This document shows positions 13,901-27,242 of a stretch of 64,000 nucleotides of DNA, in pieces. Location of the stretch: contig QPMI01000615.1 in the NCBI GenBank assembly GCA_004431415.1, forward strand, positions 62,001 to 126,000. The letters are read 5' to 3'. Within the stretch, counting starts at the first letter, position 1; every line of letters starts with the position of its first letter. The notes under the pieces are model-generated. The model was not told the DNA's origin. It did not search any database and saw only the letters and a program-made list of their open reading frames with translations. The position numbers and the translations under genes are program-made. Source of the DNA: Cyanophora paradoxa CCMP329 (lineage: Eukaryota > Plantae > Glaucophyta).

Positions 13901-15546
13901 TTGGAGTACTCGCATTTAACGAGCTAGCGACTAATGCTCTTGCATTGAAGAATATCATCATGGAGACGTCGACGGATACCTTGCGCCAGAATGCCCTAAT
14001 CGTCCTGTCCAAGATTTTGCACCTGCTCGACCGCTCTAGCCTGGAGGATCCAATCATGCCCGCCTTGGAAAAGGGCATAGCAGCTGATCGCTCGCAGCGA
14101 ACTGTGGTCTGTGCTTCGTCCACTCAAACACATTTGGCTATGATCGACCTGCACGGCAGGTCTGCATTCTCGGTGTTTATGAACAGATTTCGAGGCAGCT
14201 GGGCGAAGAGGCAGTTGCAACGAAAGTGCTACCTGTTCTCTGCCCCATGATGTCGGCATTTTCTTCTCACTCAGGCTCCCATCCACTGATTGCATGTGCA
14301 CAGGTATGAGCGTTCACTTAAATTGGAGCAGGTGGGTGTTTTGTGCACTTCCAGCCGCGGTTACGTATGTATGGCATGTGACATGTTCGCAGTTCCTTCT
14401 ATTTGTCAACAGCATCAAGAATCTGATTAAGCGGATTGAGGCAAAGAGGTGCCTCGAGCTGAAGGAGACTGAAAGAGTCGAGGAGCAGGAGTCGGGCAAG
14501 CGCATTCAAGCACCTGGACACAACTCATTGCTAGATGATGCTCCTAAGAAGGGCCACGATGATGATACAGACTGGTCCAGCATTGCTGCTGGGGTGAGTT
14601 AAATTTCAGTTTCTTTTTGATCCCTGATCGCTTAGTTTGTTCGCAGGGCGCCGAATCGCAGAAGTCTGCACCCAGAGCCGAGCCTCGACAGAAGAAGGCA
14701 GAGGTCCTGCCTGCGCTGCTTGGTGACTCTCTGCTTAGTGACGAGGTTCTCCCAAGCAACAGTCAAATGGCTCCTTCGCGGGAGGAGCTGCTTCCAAAAA
14801 AGCTCGATCTGCCTGCTGTGTCTCAGTCACCAGTTCCGGTTGCTTCAGCCCAGTCTTCTGCAATGTCCGTGTCCCCTGTATCTTTCGGTTCTCTGGCGTC
14901 AGCAGCCACTTCCCGGTCACACTCTCTGCCCTTCAGCTCTATTTCGTCGTCGTCTGCACCAGCCAACTCTCTTCAAAGCCTTGCAACTCCGTATTCCATG
15001 CAGTCTATGCAAGCAATGCAGCCCCAAGCGGCCTCTCAGCTGTCGTGGCCAGCCCAGCCAACTGCTCAACAGAGTATGCAGGCTTTGCCCACCGCGTCTG
15101 CATTTGCGCAGCCCATGGCTGCAGGCATGAACATGCAAAGTATGACCAGTACCACCTCCCTTCAAACCCTTGCAGCTCCGTATTCAATGCAGTCAATGCA
15201 AGCAATGCAGCCCCAACCGGCCTCTCAGCTGTCGTGGCCAGCCCAGCCAACTGCTCAGCAGAGTATGCAGGCTTTGCCCACCGCGTCTGCATTTGCGCAG
15301 CCCATGGCTGCAGGCATGAACATGCAGAGTCTCTCAAGTCTTCCGGCTACAGGCCAACTGCATTTTCCAGGCCAGTCAGGCATGCAATCCATGATGGCGA
15401 TGCAACCAGGCATGCAATCCATGATGGCGATGCAGCCAACTGGCACTGGAGTGCCGATGCAACCAGCTGGCATGGGCAGCATCTCGTTGCCCATCGGCTC
15501 CCCGCCGGGTATGCTCGGCAACAGCACAGGTGGTAGCCTTCTTTAG
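10989..15546 (+). CDS. SCYL2: SCY1-like pseudokinase (SCYL2/CVAK104-like) with HEAT repeats and Q/M-rich repetitive tail; many small exons
   Basis: ASGGAGMTW, VTEPVVASLANVLG, LAEALSFLHKDAKMIHRFLSPESIFLT, DNNSKAQFFKAL and HEAT-like helices. The start codon is uncertain. Confidence 0.8.
14971..15330 (+). repeat. In-frame 189-bp (63-aa) tandem duplication in the SCYL2 tail; a 30-bp GMQSMMAMQP repeat follows
   Basis: Units start at 14971 and 15160 and are near-identical in DNA and protein. Confidence 0.9.
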
Positions 15547-15580
15547 AAAGAGCCAATTGTTCAGGAAGTAGCCAACCGAC

Positions 15581-15967
15581 TGCTCTTTCTAAGCTACGGG
15601 CGCGACCGGACCTCCTACCTCGGCGCTTTGACTTTACCCGTGCTGTTACGGATAGAGCATAACCCGCAGGGACTGGTGCCCTGATGGAGAAAAGGGAATT
15701 GGAGCCTAGCTAGCTACGAGCCGAGCAGGCGCTTCGCGTCCACGCCGGTGCCGTAGCGGATGAAGATGCTCCTGCGAGAACGATTACGATTACGATCGTA
15801 ATCACGGTTGCGGCGGGCTATAGGCGGGGGGAGCCCTGGCCTGATTACGATTACGATTACGATCGTGCGGGGCCCTGCGGGTTACGCTCTATCCCTAACA
15901 GCACGGGTATAGTTAAAGCGTTGACGGTCTAGGAGTGGTCCCGCGCGCCCGTAGCTTAGAAAGAGCA
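15581..15967 (+). mobile_element. Family 1 element with both termini (internally deleted, 387 bp)
   Basis: TGCTCTTTCTAAGCTACGGGCGCG ... CGCGCCCGTAGCTTAGAAAGAGCA; lies between two convergent stop codons; no TSD visible. Confidence 0.9.
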
Positions 15968-15972
15968 ATGAG

Positions 15973-18531
15973 CTAGCTGATGATATTCGAACCTGAAGCA
16001 AAGATCCGTGCTAAAACGGTTTGAACAAGTGTTTCTAGTCGCACTTGGGCAGCATAGTCCAACTGGTAAATCTTGCCGAATGTTGTTGCCAGAGTGTGGG
16101 CGTCTGAGTCCTCGTAGATTGCAAGTTTGGCAGAGCTACCGGTTGGAAGCATGACCTGAAGACATTCCAGCACGGGTCAGAGAGGATCAGACACGACATG
16201 TTGATGCCCTGCACCTTGAGGTACATGATTGGTTGTGTTCTGGGTCTACATGATCTGGGTCTTTCGGTTGAGCGGTTGCAATGCGATTGCGATTGCGAGA
16301 GTTTCCTGGGTGGCGTTGGCGACTAGTAGCATAGAAAAATGTCGACAACAAATGACGGACCCTTTTGGTTTTCCGAGTTCTTCAAGCTGCTTGACCTTCT
16401 CTGCTCTTGTCTCGATCCCTCTTCTGGTGCGTTCAACGAAATCGGTGAATCCTTTTGGCACGTGTCGCTTGTTTGACCTACGAAAAGGTAATGATGCACA
16501 AGCAAGTCATCCATCATAAAAAGACATACACATTCGGGCTCCCATGAGTTGTTGGTTTAAATGTGCAGTAAGCTTGAACCTCTTGCTCCTCAGTTGTAAG
16601 AGGAGTTGCCCTTGACTCTTGTTTGTGCAACTGAGCCGGTGATGGAACAGCCTGCTCTTTCCTCAGCAGCAAGCTCGATGGATTTGGATAGCAAAGGCAG
16701 AGAAAGTCAGGAGAACCTTCAAGGCGAATTTCGGCCTGCTGAACTGGTGAGAGTACAGCGATGCAATCTTTTTGCTCTCCTCATTGATAGCAGGCCGAAA
16801 CGTACATCCCTGTTGGCAGCGAATGAGCAGCAGGGAAACATGCAAGTGTGAAACACACCTCCAGCTCTTGTTTCTCAAGCTCCTTCCTGATAGACTCCTT
16901 CCTTGCGCGCAGCTCTTGTGCCTGATGTGATCGTGAACAAAGCGCCCTTGCTGGATGAGGAAATAAGATAAAAAAACCTTGTGCATGAGAATCTGGTAGC
17001 GGTGTTGTGGGCTCTGTGCATACATTGCTTGTAGCTTCGACATAAATCGCTGGTCACTCGCAACCTGTGTCATAAGGCATCAAATTTCGCATTGTGTGAG
17101 AGTGATAACCGTAGCAGAGACCAACCGCAAGTTGCTTGGAATGCTCGTTGAGTGTTGGCGCGAAGGGCAGTTTGCTTTCGAAAGGTATGAATCTCAAATG
17201 CCTTGTCGGAGTGTATGCAAGCCTGCGTACACTTGTAAAACACAAGCCAATTGCACTAGGTCTGGACCCTAGAATCTTAATCATAATCCCCATAGTGTTC
17301 TAAATCGTTCTCGTAATCGTGATCGTAATAGAACGCTGAGTCAAGAGGATGCGAATTTCGCACTTGTTTGTATATAAGCGGCGTAGAACCTTCAGCACAT
17401 GGCTTTCAACCTACAATTGTTCTCAGAAGAATCCGCGAAGAAGGAAACTCGCAATTCGGGTTACCATGCTATCCTGGAGTCCATCAACATCCCCTGACAA
17501 GACTGAAGATGCCTCGGCTGCATTGGCAGACCCACTGCGTGCTGCAAGCTGCCTCATGACCCTGCAATAAATGAGCCCATGCATCGGATAACAATGAACT
17601 AGATCAGCCAGGAATGCCTGAAAAAAGTCGCGAAGGAGACGTATCCGGTATCCTCGGGATCCAGCAGTGTCCACAGCTTCCCAGTTATGAGGCGGTCCAT
17701 CGGCCTACTCCCATCGTGAGAGATAAATCCAAGGCGGGAACACGCTGCCTGCAGCTGCTTGAATGTGAAGGATTGCCTCCCTTCCGTGTCGATCTCGTTG
17801 AAAACGGCTCTGAGTTCCTGCACGAACACTGTCTGAACATCATGTGAGAAAATGGACACTAAATCACTCTGGACCTTTTCGAGACGAAGGCGGGCGAGCC
17901 TGTGAGATTCCAATGAAATTGAGGGCTTTGACGGCCCAGCCGAACCCAACTCGCTGAGCCGCTCCCGTATCACGCTTCTGTGCAATGCCTCCGCATGGAA
18001 ATGATCCTAAAAAAGCGTTGGCAATGGCGAATTGAACTATTCTAAACCGAAAAGCGGAAAACGGAAAGCAAATGAATCAATCCAGATTCAGTTGCAGAGT
18101 ATCGGAAAAAAAGCTAATTGTAATCGAATATGAAGATCGAGGCAAGGACTAACTCAGCGCACGTGGATAGTCCAGCCTTCTGGGAGCGCGCGATGCGAGC
18201 TCCGCACAGATGTTGCCAATGACTCGTTAAGAGGCTCATCTTCTGGCCGGTACGCATCCAGCAGGACGAGAGAGCAGCTGGAACGCGGCGGCGAGCCTCG
18301 CGAGGCGGGAGTTGAAACCCCCTCATCTGCCGCGTATGCGTTCTCTTCACCATAAGCCGCGTCGCTCGATGGCGCCGAGCGGGGCCTGCGGCTTCTCCGT
18401 TTCCTCTGGCTCAGCTCGCTAGCCCAACGAAACAGCCTGCGAGGCACTTTCAACTATGCAGCATTCGGCGTATGCACGGTCAACGCGGCTCACTTCACAT
18501 CGCCCAGGCGCGTTATCAGCTCCTGCGCCAT
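15973..18531 (-). CDS. EF-hand-containing hypothetical protein with CTFRP-like repeats
   Basis: VFNEIDTEGRQSFTFKQL and LLDPEDTGYVSFATF EF-like loops; LPFAPTLN and CTFRPAIN repeats; exon 1 MAQELITRLGDVK splices in frame. Confidence 0.6.
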
Positions 18532-18863
18532 CGGCCTTACGGCCCTCCACGGGCTCCAGGCTGGGATCAATCGCAGCGTGGCTTGCGCCTCCGTGGCTTG
18601 CGCCGCAGCGTGGCTTGCAGAAACTGAGGAGGCTGCAGAAACTGAGAATGCTCCGGGAACCTCACCTGGCAAACGGCTAAAGGGGGGTACAGAGAAAACA
18701 ATTTCTGGAGTTAGCCAAGCGTGCACGTACGCGCAACTTTGGCAGCTCTTGACGTGTGTGCAACGTTGCTGGTCTTGTAGCTGTGACGTGTGACCTTAGA
18801 TCGCGAAGGCGACCGAGAACCTCGAGCTCGCGCCCCGGCCAGTCTCCGGGCGCCCTCGGCTGC

Positions 18864-21800
18864 ATGGATGCCGCAGGAGAGCCCCCCGCCACAGAAGACG
18901 CGCCCGTAGCAGCAGCGCACCAGCCTGCGGCTCAGCCTGAATTGTCGCGTAGCTCCTCAGCTTCACACAGCCGGCCAGCTTCGGCTCCGAGGGCAGCAGC
19001 CGAAGACCGGCAGCTCGAGGATGCGGTCATTGCGGTGGTTGAGCAAGCAACAGCGGGGGCGGTTGCTGGTGCCGACGGTGCCACAGCGACAGCCGATGCG
19101 GCTGCGAGACCTGAAGCTGCAGCGGCTTCAGCCCCTGCGTACCGGCAGTCTGTGGATGTGCCTGTCAGTGGGCAGATCAAGAGCGGTGTCGTTGCTGCGG
19201 CCACTGAAGGTCCCCACGCCGAACAGGAATCGAGCCCTCAGGAACAGGCTGCCTCGGTCCCCTCTTCGAAGCTCCCGGGTAAGTCAAGGGCGCATTCATG
19301 CTAGGCTCTCCGCATTTTGACGCCTTTTTTTTGGAGTGAGGAAAAGCAAAACCGAGAAATCGAAAATCCCGGCAAGTCATGGCGTAACCTTTATCCACAT
19401 TTTCCACGCTCAAATCTGCAATGCAGACACCTGTACGTCAAGAACCGGGGATGCTAAAGCCAATTCATCAAGACGAGGGCGCGCCATCTGAACCCCCGGT
19501 TGAAAAGCGTACTTCAGAGCAGCATTGGCAAGCCATCAAAGAGCTTGAGAAGAAGAAGCTGGCGCTGAAAAAAAAGCGAATGACTGAAGATATGCGGAAA
19601 ATCGAGGAGTGGCAAATCACTGTGGGCCTCTGCAAGATATGTCTATTTAGAAATTTGATCTGATAATCTCCTCAGGCGGAGGCATTGAAGAAGAAGCATG
19701 AAGAAGACAAGGAAAGGAAAAGGCAGGAAGTCATGGAACGTATCCGCGAGAGGGAGAAACAGCGCCTGGAGGAGCAGAGGATTCGGAAGGAGAAGGAAGA
19801 AGCAGTTTTACAGGTAATCGTAAACGCAATTCTAAGCTTGCTAAAGAATCCATACAGCGCGCTTTCGTTATCGCAACCTAAAGTTCTGGGCTTGAGCTCC
19901 ATCTCTAATAAATTGCGCTATTTGTGATCGCACTCGTTTTTTCAGGCCATTGGAGAGGTCCAAAAGAGCAGACAGGAATTCGAGAAGCAATTTTTTACTC
20001 CTCTTCCACCAATTGAAGCAAGGAGAAGGAAGTACAAAGAGCCATCGTCGACACAAGCAGCAGCAAGCGCAGAAGCGTCAACGTCAAGCGCTCAAGTCGC
20101 TCGACCCCCCAAAAGATCGGATGCAGGGTTCAAGCCATTGTTTGCTCGTCTGGAAGAACAATTTAAAGCAAGGTCTGCAGCAGTAAAACAAACCTGAAGG
20201 CTTGTTGACTGAGACTGCGAAATAGAGAAGCTGCAGAACAAGAAAAAGTGCGTCAGGTCATCACAAAAATGCGGGGTACGAACTTTTCGTGGTATATCTT
20301 GCATACCTCACTCAAGCACTGTACTCAGAACGATACCGGCCCCCCGACTATGGTGCACTCGGACTCTGATAAAGTGCATTCTTCTCCGACTTTATTTATA
20401 CGCAGATGAGATGAAGGCAAGAGAGAAAGAAATTCTGGAGCGCCTGGAGCTTGCTGAGAGACAGAAGAGACTGGAGAGAGAAGCGAAACAGCGGGAGGAG
20501 ATGGAGCGTGCACCTGGGATGAACGTTTACAAGGGTCGAACACGGGTACTTCCCACTTGAAAGTGTACACGCTGGGGCAATCGCTTATCCTTTCATTCAG
20601 GCCAAGGTTGAGCAAGAGATTGAAGAGCGCAAGAAATTGCAAAGAGAACAGGAAGAGGCTGTGCGGCTCCGATTAGAGCGAAAGCAACAGTACGCCAAAC
20701 TCGTTCGCGAGGTGTGTCATGTTTCTTGTTGTCTCTCTTTATGCGGCTTGCACATCAAAGCCAGTAGTAATCAGGTTTCGACAGGTTTTCGTTGCAAAAC
20801 ACAGTGAACATGATCAGGAGCACGATGGGCCAAGCAGTCGTGCTGTCAGAGCGGAAAGAAATGGAAATCGTGAGCATAGACACAAGTCCAAGAAGCACAA
20901 TCATCAACATCGCTCACGGAGCTTATCTCGGAGTTCACGGTCCTCGGCATCTGGAGATAGGCTTCCAACGATTATCAAGAAGGGCAAGAAGGAGAGTAGA
21001 GACAAGATACCAACGAAACGTCAGGAAGGTAGTGTGATTTTGTTTTGCATTGAGTGCGGTTTTTTTTATGCTTCGCGTTCAGCATCTTCTTCATGGCACC
21101 ATCATGAAGTGCTTCCGCCTATAGACAACCGAAATGCAATGGTGAGCAACTCTGCTGACTGTAAGACCGTTTGGTGACACTCACATTGCTGGGCAGGTTC
21201 TCAGACCATTGTCAGACACAGCTGTGCAGCGACAAAATGATCGCTATGGCCAGTCGCTCACTCGAAAGCTGCCTGCTGAAGATTTCGTTGATGGCCAAAT
21301 TGTTGGTCGAGAATCAACACTGCCCCAACGCTCACTGAAGAGCAGGGAAGACATCCCGCCAGCTCCAAATGACCTAGAGTCCGCCGTCCAACATTTTGTG
21401 ATTGAAAATCTTTTAAGAGATGTCGAAAAAGAACTGTGTATGCCATCCGGTTCAGGAAGCAGTGGTGAGCTTTTGAGTTCATTTTTTTTTGTTGAGTTCA
21501 TTTTTTTTGTATGTCATGTAATGATTACTGCAGACAGATCCAAACAAGTCAGTGCCTCCGAGTCCGAGAGCGAGGATGTCTTTGAGTCCAGTGAATTCAC
21601 TGACTCCAGTAGAAGCTCCAGCTCTCATCGAGCCGGCGACCCCAACATTCTCTTGAAGCAAGGCCGGGCCGGGCCCCGCGGCCGGCAACGCCATCCTTCG
21701 CCAAAACCGCCTCAAAAGAAGAAACCAAGGCCACCCAAGCTCGAGCAATTACAGCTTGTGAAGAAGGAGGCTGAACAACCCGAACCAGAAAAACGTCGGC

Positions 21801-22051
21801 CAAAGAAGCCCAGGCCACCTGTCTTCGATCGGCCAAAGAGGCCCAAGCAAGAGGTTTCAGCCCGCGTAAATGACCACCCTCCAACAAAGCGGCAGCTGCT
21901 TGCCAAAATCAAGCAAGAGATGCGTGGTCGTGAAGAATTTTCCAATCCAATCGATCTTTCGGCTGACGATGGTCTCCTTGATGAGGATGGGGATTTAGAC
22001 AGCTACATCGCCGCTTTCAGGACGAAGATCGCAGTGCTTCAGTCACAGTGA
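18864..22051 (+). CDS. Hypothetical charged coiled-coil protein
   Basis: Spliceable E/K/R-rich exons (KKKHEEDKERKRQEVMERIRE, KQQYAKLVRE) ending YIAAFRTKIAVLQSQ-stop. Confidence 0.6.
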
Positions 22052-22105
22052 TGTGTGTTTATAATATACCTTGGTTTCGGATTCATTTTCGTTGGGGTCA
22101 CGGTT

Positions 22106-22207
22106 TGCTCTTTCTAAGCTACGGGCGCGACCGGACCTCCTACCTCGGCGCTTTAACTGTACCCGTGCTGTTTGGGATAGAGCGTAACCCGCAGGGACTG
22201 GTGCCCT
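22106..22207 (+). mobile_element. Family 1 element, truncated left terminus
   Basis: About 100 bp near-identical to 6330-6430. Confidence 0.85.
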
Positions 22208-22488
22208 ATACTATGATATGTACACTGCAGCACCGCTGCCGCGGGCCCAGCCCACTAGCTAGGCCTAGGTCACCCACCATCCGGGCCCTGTGTGCACTCT
22301 CAGAGGGGTAATGCTCCTCCGGATCCCCACAGATCTAGACACTGGCAACTGGCACATGTATACGGCGCCACCGGGTGCTAGCTGTGTACGTACCCCTCGT
22401 CTGGCGACCCCGGCGCCGACCCGCGGGCGCGCGTATATCCAGACCGGCCGCGCCGAACCGCATCGTTCGACGCTGACGCTCGCATCTC

Positions 22489-25400
22489 ATGGCGGCCATC
22501 GGGGGCCCGACCATCGGCGGGCCCATCAGCGTTGACTTGACGGATGCAGAGCCGGGCGCGCGAGGTACATCCCAGTCGCATAGCTTTGGCACCGCTAGCT
22601 CAGCGTCGCCCCTCTCTCCGAGAGAACTGCTGGACACCGTCAACGAACTCCGCGCCCCTCTGTTTCGCGGTCCGCGGATCGACGCGCGCTGGGATCGCAT
22701 CGCATCGCGTTCTGACAGCACGTTGATTACAGGCTTTGGTGCTTCGGACAGGCGAAGGTCCGACACTGCCGGCACAGGTCCTGCATCAGATGGCGACGAG
22801 GTTCGCCTGGCAGCTGCGCTCGAAGCCGCTTAGTAAACGATTTAATGCCTGCTGCAGACAGGGGATCTCGTAACAGGCATCTTGCACCCGCACCCGCGGA
22901 CACCGGAGAGCAGCAGCCGCTTCAGCAGCAGCTTGCGAAAGTCCAGGAGAAGCAGTTTTGAACTCAGCAAAGAAGATATTCGGACGATCGGTGCCTGAGC
23001 GTAGGCTAGCGCGTGCGTTTCGCCCACCGACGCCGACACAGACTGGCTGGAGCCGTACCAGAACGCGGAGCCGGAGCAGACCAATGCGCGTTTGGGGCTG
23101 AAGTGCGGCAGAGATCTTCCTTGACTCACGCGTGTGCATCGCAGGTGAGAAAGAGTTTCATGGCGCACCTGAAAGTGCTTTACGACAACTGCCAAGGCTG
23201 GATCCTTCTCCTCCTCGTCGGTGCGGCAACAGGCTGTGCGCCCTCTTGGGGTTGATTCGATGACAGACGCGCGCATGCCACCGCAGGTGTCATTGTTGGT
23301 TTGCTTGCAGCCCTCATCGACGTCATAGTCGACAGGGTGCGGGGCCGTCGGTGGCACTGGCGAAAATTGGGGCTCACCCTTCTAGGCAGATGTCCGACTT
23401 GCGCTTGGGATACTGCTCCTCCTCATTTCTCCAGAATCGCGTGCAGTGCTGCGCAAGCTACCCCAATTTCTGTGCGGCCACTCGTCGCGTCCGCCCAACT
23501 GTGAGGCTCACGCCCAGGCAGCCAAATGCACGGAGTGGAAGTCCTGGTCTGCTCTGGTGGGGGCGGACCCGGACTCTAGCGCCGGCACGGGATTCGATCT
23601 GATATTCTTCCTAGGAATCATGGTGCGCGCGCGTTCTCTTCGACCGCTGTCTCCAAGGGGGCCCTTGACCGCAGCTGCAGTTGGCGATGACCATCACGAA
23701 TGCGTATCTCGTCATGCGTCTCGCGCCGATGGCGGCCGGCTCTGGCCTCGCGGAGCTCAAGGTGCCTCGAAGCTTCTCATTCTAGGACACGCGACGCGAG
23801 CGCTGAGCCGAGTCCAGGTCGTGCTCGAGGGTTTCTCCATTAAGCGATTCCTCGCCTTCAAGACACTCCTCGTGAAGGCTGTCGGAGTGGTTCGGGCGCA
23901 CCCCGCTCGTCTTCAGCCCGCCCCGCTACCGGCGCTGAGGCCCGCCCCGCAGACGCTCTCGGTTTCGAGCGGGCTGATCGTCGGGAAGGAGGGGCCCATG
24001 GTGCACCTTGCGGCCTGCGTGGGGAACGTTCTCTGCGACTTCTTTCACATGTACCGATCCGATGAACGTTCGCCAACCCTCTTCGCCGGCGCCCCCCTCG
24101 CAACCCGCCCATCCGCCCTGCCGAGCTCGCGCCTCGCAGGGCGCAAGCTCGAGATCCTGTCGGCCGCGAGCGCCTCAGGGGTCGCGTGCGCGTTCGGCGC
24201 GCCCATCGGCGGCGTCCTGTTCACGTTCGAGGTCCGCCCGCCGCCCGCGGTCCCTGCGTTCGTCGCGTCACCTAAAGGCCCCCGCAGGAGCTGGCGACTT
24301 TCTTCCCCCCAAAAATCATGTGGCAGACCTTCTTCTGTGCCTTCTTCTCCGCGTTCATCGTGCGGGTGCGGCGCCCTGGGCTCTTTCCGCCTGCAAGGCG
24401 CGACCCGGCGCGGCGCGCAGCTCTGCAACCCATTCCACAACGGTAGCGCGGTGATGTTCGAGGTGCGGCGGGGCGCGCGGCGCGAGGGGGCCGGCCTCGG
24501 CCGCGCTCGCGACGCGGGGTCTCGGCAGGTGGTGCACAAGGAGCAGTGGCAGTGGTTCGAGGTGCCTGTCTTCATGGTGCTGGGCGCGATCGGAGGCCTC
24601 CTCGGTGCGCGCTGCGCGAGCGCACAGGGCGCCCCCCGCCGCCTCTTCTCGACGCGCCCCGCGCTACGCAGGTGCCCTGTTCATTAAGGCGAACATCGCC
24701 CTGAACTCATCGCGCTACAAGGAGCTCCGCGCCAAGTACCCCGTGCTCGAGGCCCGCCGCCCGCCCCGCCCCCCGCCCCCCGCCCCCGCCGAGGCGCCCC
24801 TCGCGCAGGCGACCGTCGTGACCATTGTAACGGGCCTCGTGTGCTACTGGAGCGCTTTCTCCCGGTGCGCCGCGCCGCCCTGCCTGTCGCGCCGCACGCT
24901 TGTCCCCCACGCGCCGCTCAGCGAGCACATGGAGACGCTCCTCCGCCTCCTGATCAACGACTGCGATGGTAAGCCTCGCGCCGCGCGCGCCGGGCCCGGC
25001 GCCAGTCGAGCTCATGCGGCCGGCGCAGTGGACGCGACGGTGCGGTCGGAGATCTGCCGGCAGACGGCCCCTTTGAAGCCGATCCTCCACCTCCTTGGCA
25101 CGGGCATCCTCTTCACGCTCCTCGGCATCTGGACGCACGGCGCGAAGGTCCGCCTGCTCCCCTCGCCCGCACCCGCCCCGCCCCGCCCCACGCTGTTGCC
25201 GGCCCACAGATCCCGATGGGCCTCTTCATCCCCTCCCTCACCATTGGCGCCTGCTTCGGGCGTGCCGTGGGCATCATCGTGCACGTCGCTCAGAAGTGAG
25301 GCCGGCCGGCCGCTTCTCCCCGCCCCGGCCTGGCTGCTCACCATCGGCCCCGCACAGGGAGTACCCGCATCTCGCCATCTTCAGGGAGTGCGCGGAGACG

Positions 25401-25575
25401 GAGGTCACGCGGGAGTGCGTGAATCCGGGGGTCTTCGCCATCGTCGGCGCGGCCTCCATGCTCGGCGGTGCCCCCTCCGCCGCTCGCCGGGGCGTCCCCA
25501 CCCCGCTCATCACGCAGCGCAGGCGTCACGCACATGTCCGTGTCGCTCGTCGTGATCATGTACGAGGTGCGCCAT

Positions 25576-25606
<31 letters not shown>

Positions 25607-27152
25607 CCGCGCCGGACCGCGCCGCCACACGGCCGTCGACCGGCCGCCGCGCCTACGGCGCAGATCACTGGAGGCGTCACGTACATCCTGCCCGTCCTGA
25701 TCGGCATCATCTTCTCCAAGGTCTCGTCCTCTGCCTTCGTCGACGGCGGCATGTGCGCCGCGCCCGCCCCGCCCCGCCCCCTCGCGCCACCCGGCCCCGC
25801 TCAATGCCCGCGACGCAGGACGGACTTCCAGATCCGGCTGCGGATGCTGCCGGCGCTGCGGAACGCGCTGCCAAACCGGACGACGGGCACGGCCGGGGAC
25901 GTCATGGTGACCCAGGTCGTGGACCTCCAGGCCAAGAACCAGACCCTCAAGTCCATCCGTGCGCCCCCCGCTGCTGCTTGCCCCCCCCATCGCCCGCCCC
26001 CTCGTCGTCCTTCCGCTCGTTTGCCGAGCGTCTGGCCGGCAGGGGAGTTCCTGGAGCACGACAGGACGATCCGGCCGAAGGGGCACCAGGGCTTCCCCGT
26101 CGTCACGGAGGACCGGCGCGTCATGGGCTTCGCGTTCCGCGTCCAGCTCGAGGAGCTCCTCCGTGCGCGGCCGCCGCCCCGCCGCCGCCCCGCCTCGGCC
26201 TCCGAGCCGCCGCCGCAGACAAGGCGGAGGCGAAGCGGCTGCCGGACTGGACGCCCGTGCTGCTGGACCCGACGGGGAGCGAGCCGAGCGCGCCGAGCCC
26301 CTCGGGCGACCCGTCCAAGGCCGACCGGACGCCGCCGGAGCGCCCGACGCCGCCGATGAGTCTGGGGCCGAACATGAGCGTGCCGAGCGGGGCGGCGGTG
26401 CCGCTGGCGGGGACGCCGCACGGGCTCAACCTCTCGACCGCCTCGCACGGCTCGTCGAGCCAGCGGCCAGCGCCGTCGCGGCGCGCCTTCAACAGCGCGA
26501 GCATGGCGATCCCGAGCCCGAGCGCCCTCGCCGCCTCGGCCGCCAGCAACGAGGAGGAAGGGACGCGCACGACGAGCGGGCGCTTCCTGCCGGCCCGACA
26601 ACCCAACTCCTTCTCGGGCACGCCCTCCGGCACCTCGATGCGGGCGCGCAGCTCCGCCCCGCACCACATGGTCCGATTCGACATGTCCTCCGCCGTCGAC
26701 CGCGTCCGCCCCGCCCCGCCCCGCCCCGCCGAGCGCCCCGCCGACACCCCGTGCTCGCAGTACCCCATCCAGATCGGGCCGGAGATGCCCCTCTCCCGCG
26801 TGTACGGTCCGCCCGGCTTGCGCCTCGAAGCCCGCGCCCCGCTCGGCGTGCGGCCTCCTCACCTCCGGCCCGCGCAGACATGTTCACGAGCATGGGCCTG
26901 CGCCTCTGCCTCGTCACGAACCACGGCCGCCTCGTGGGGATCATCAAGCGCAAGGATCTGGTACCCCCACCCCGCACGGTTGGTCCCCTCCCCGTCGATC
27001 TGACGCCCGCGGTGCAGGCCAGCAAGTGGCGGCCCAAGCGCTCCGAAGCAGACGGCGCGGGGGGGGCCGCGACGGCGAGGAGCGGTGACGAGATTCCGAA
27101 CTCGCCACCCGCCGACCCGGAGAACCCAGTGTGGGAGGAGGGATACCGGTGA
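22489..27152 (+). CDS. CLC-family chloride/proton transporter (ClC-3/4/5-like) with C-terminal CBS domains
   Basis: GSGLAELK, GKEGPMVH, AFGAPIGGVLFTFE|E, PMGLFIPSL, GVTHMSVSLVVIMYE, GFPVV and GIIKRKDL motifs across more than 20 exons. Confidence 0.9.
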
Positions 27153-27156
27153 CCGC

Positions 27157-27242
27157 AGGATTACGCTCTATCCCAAACAGCACGGGTATAGTTAAAGCGC
27201 CGAGGTAGGAGGTCCGGTCGCGCCCGTAGCGTAAAAAGAGCA
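27157..27242 (-). mobile_element. Family 1 left-type terminus in reverse orientation, flanked by a direct repeat
   Basis: Reverse complement of about 22106-22190; ATACCGGTGACCGC at 27143-27156 and 27242-27255. Confidence 0.85.
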
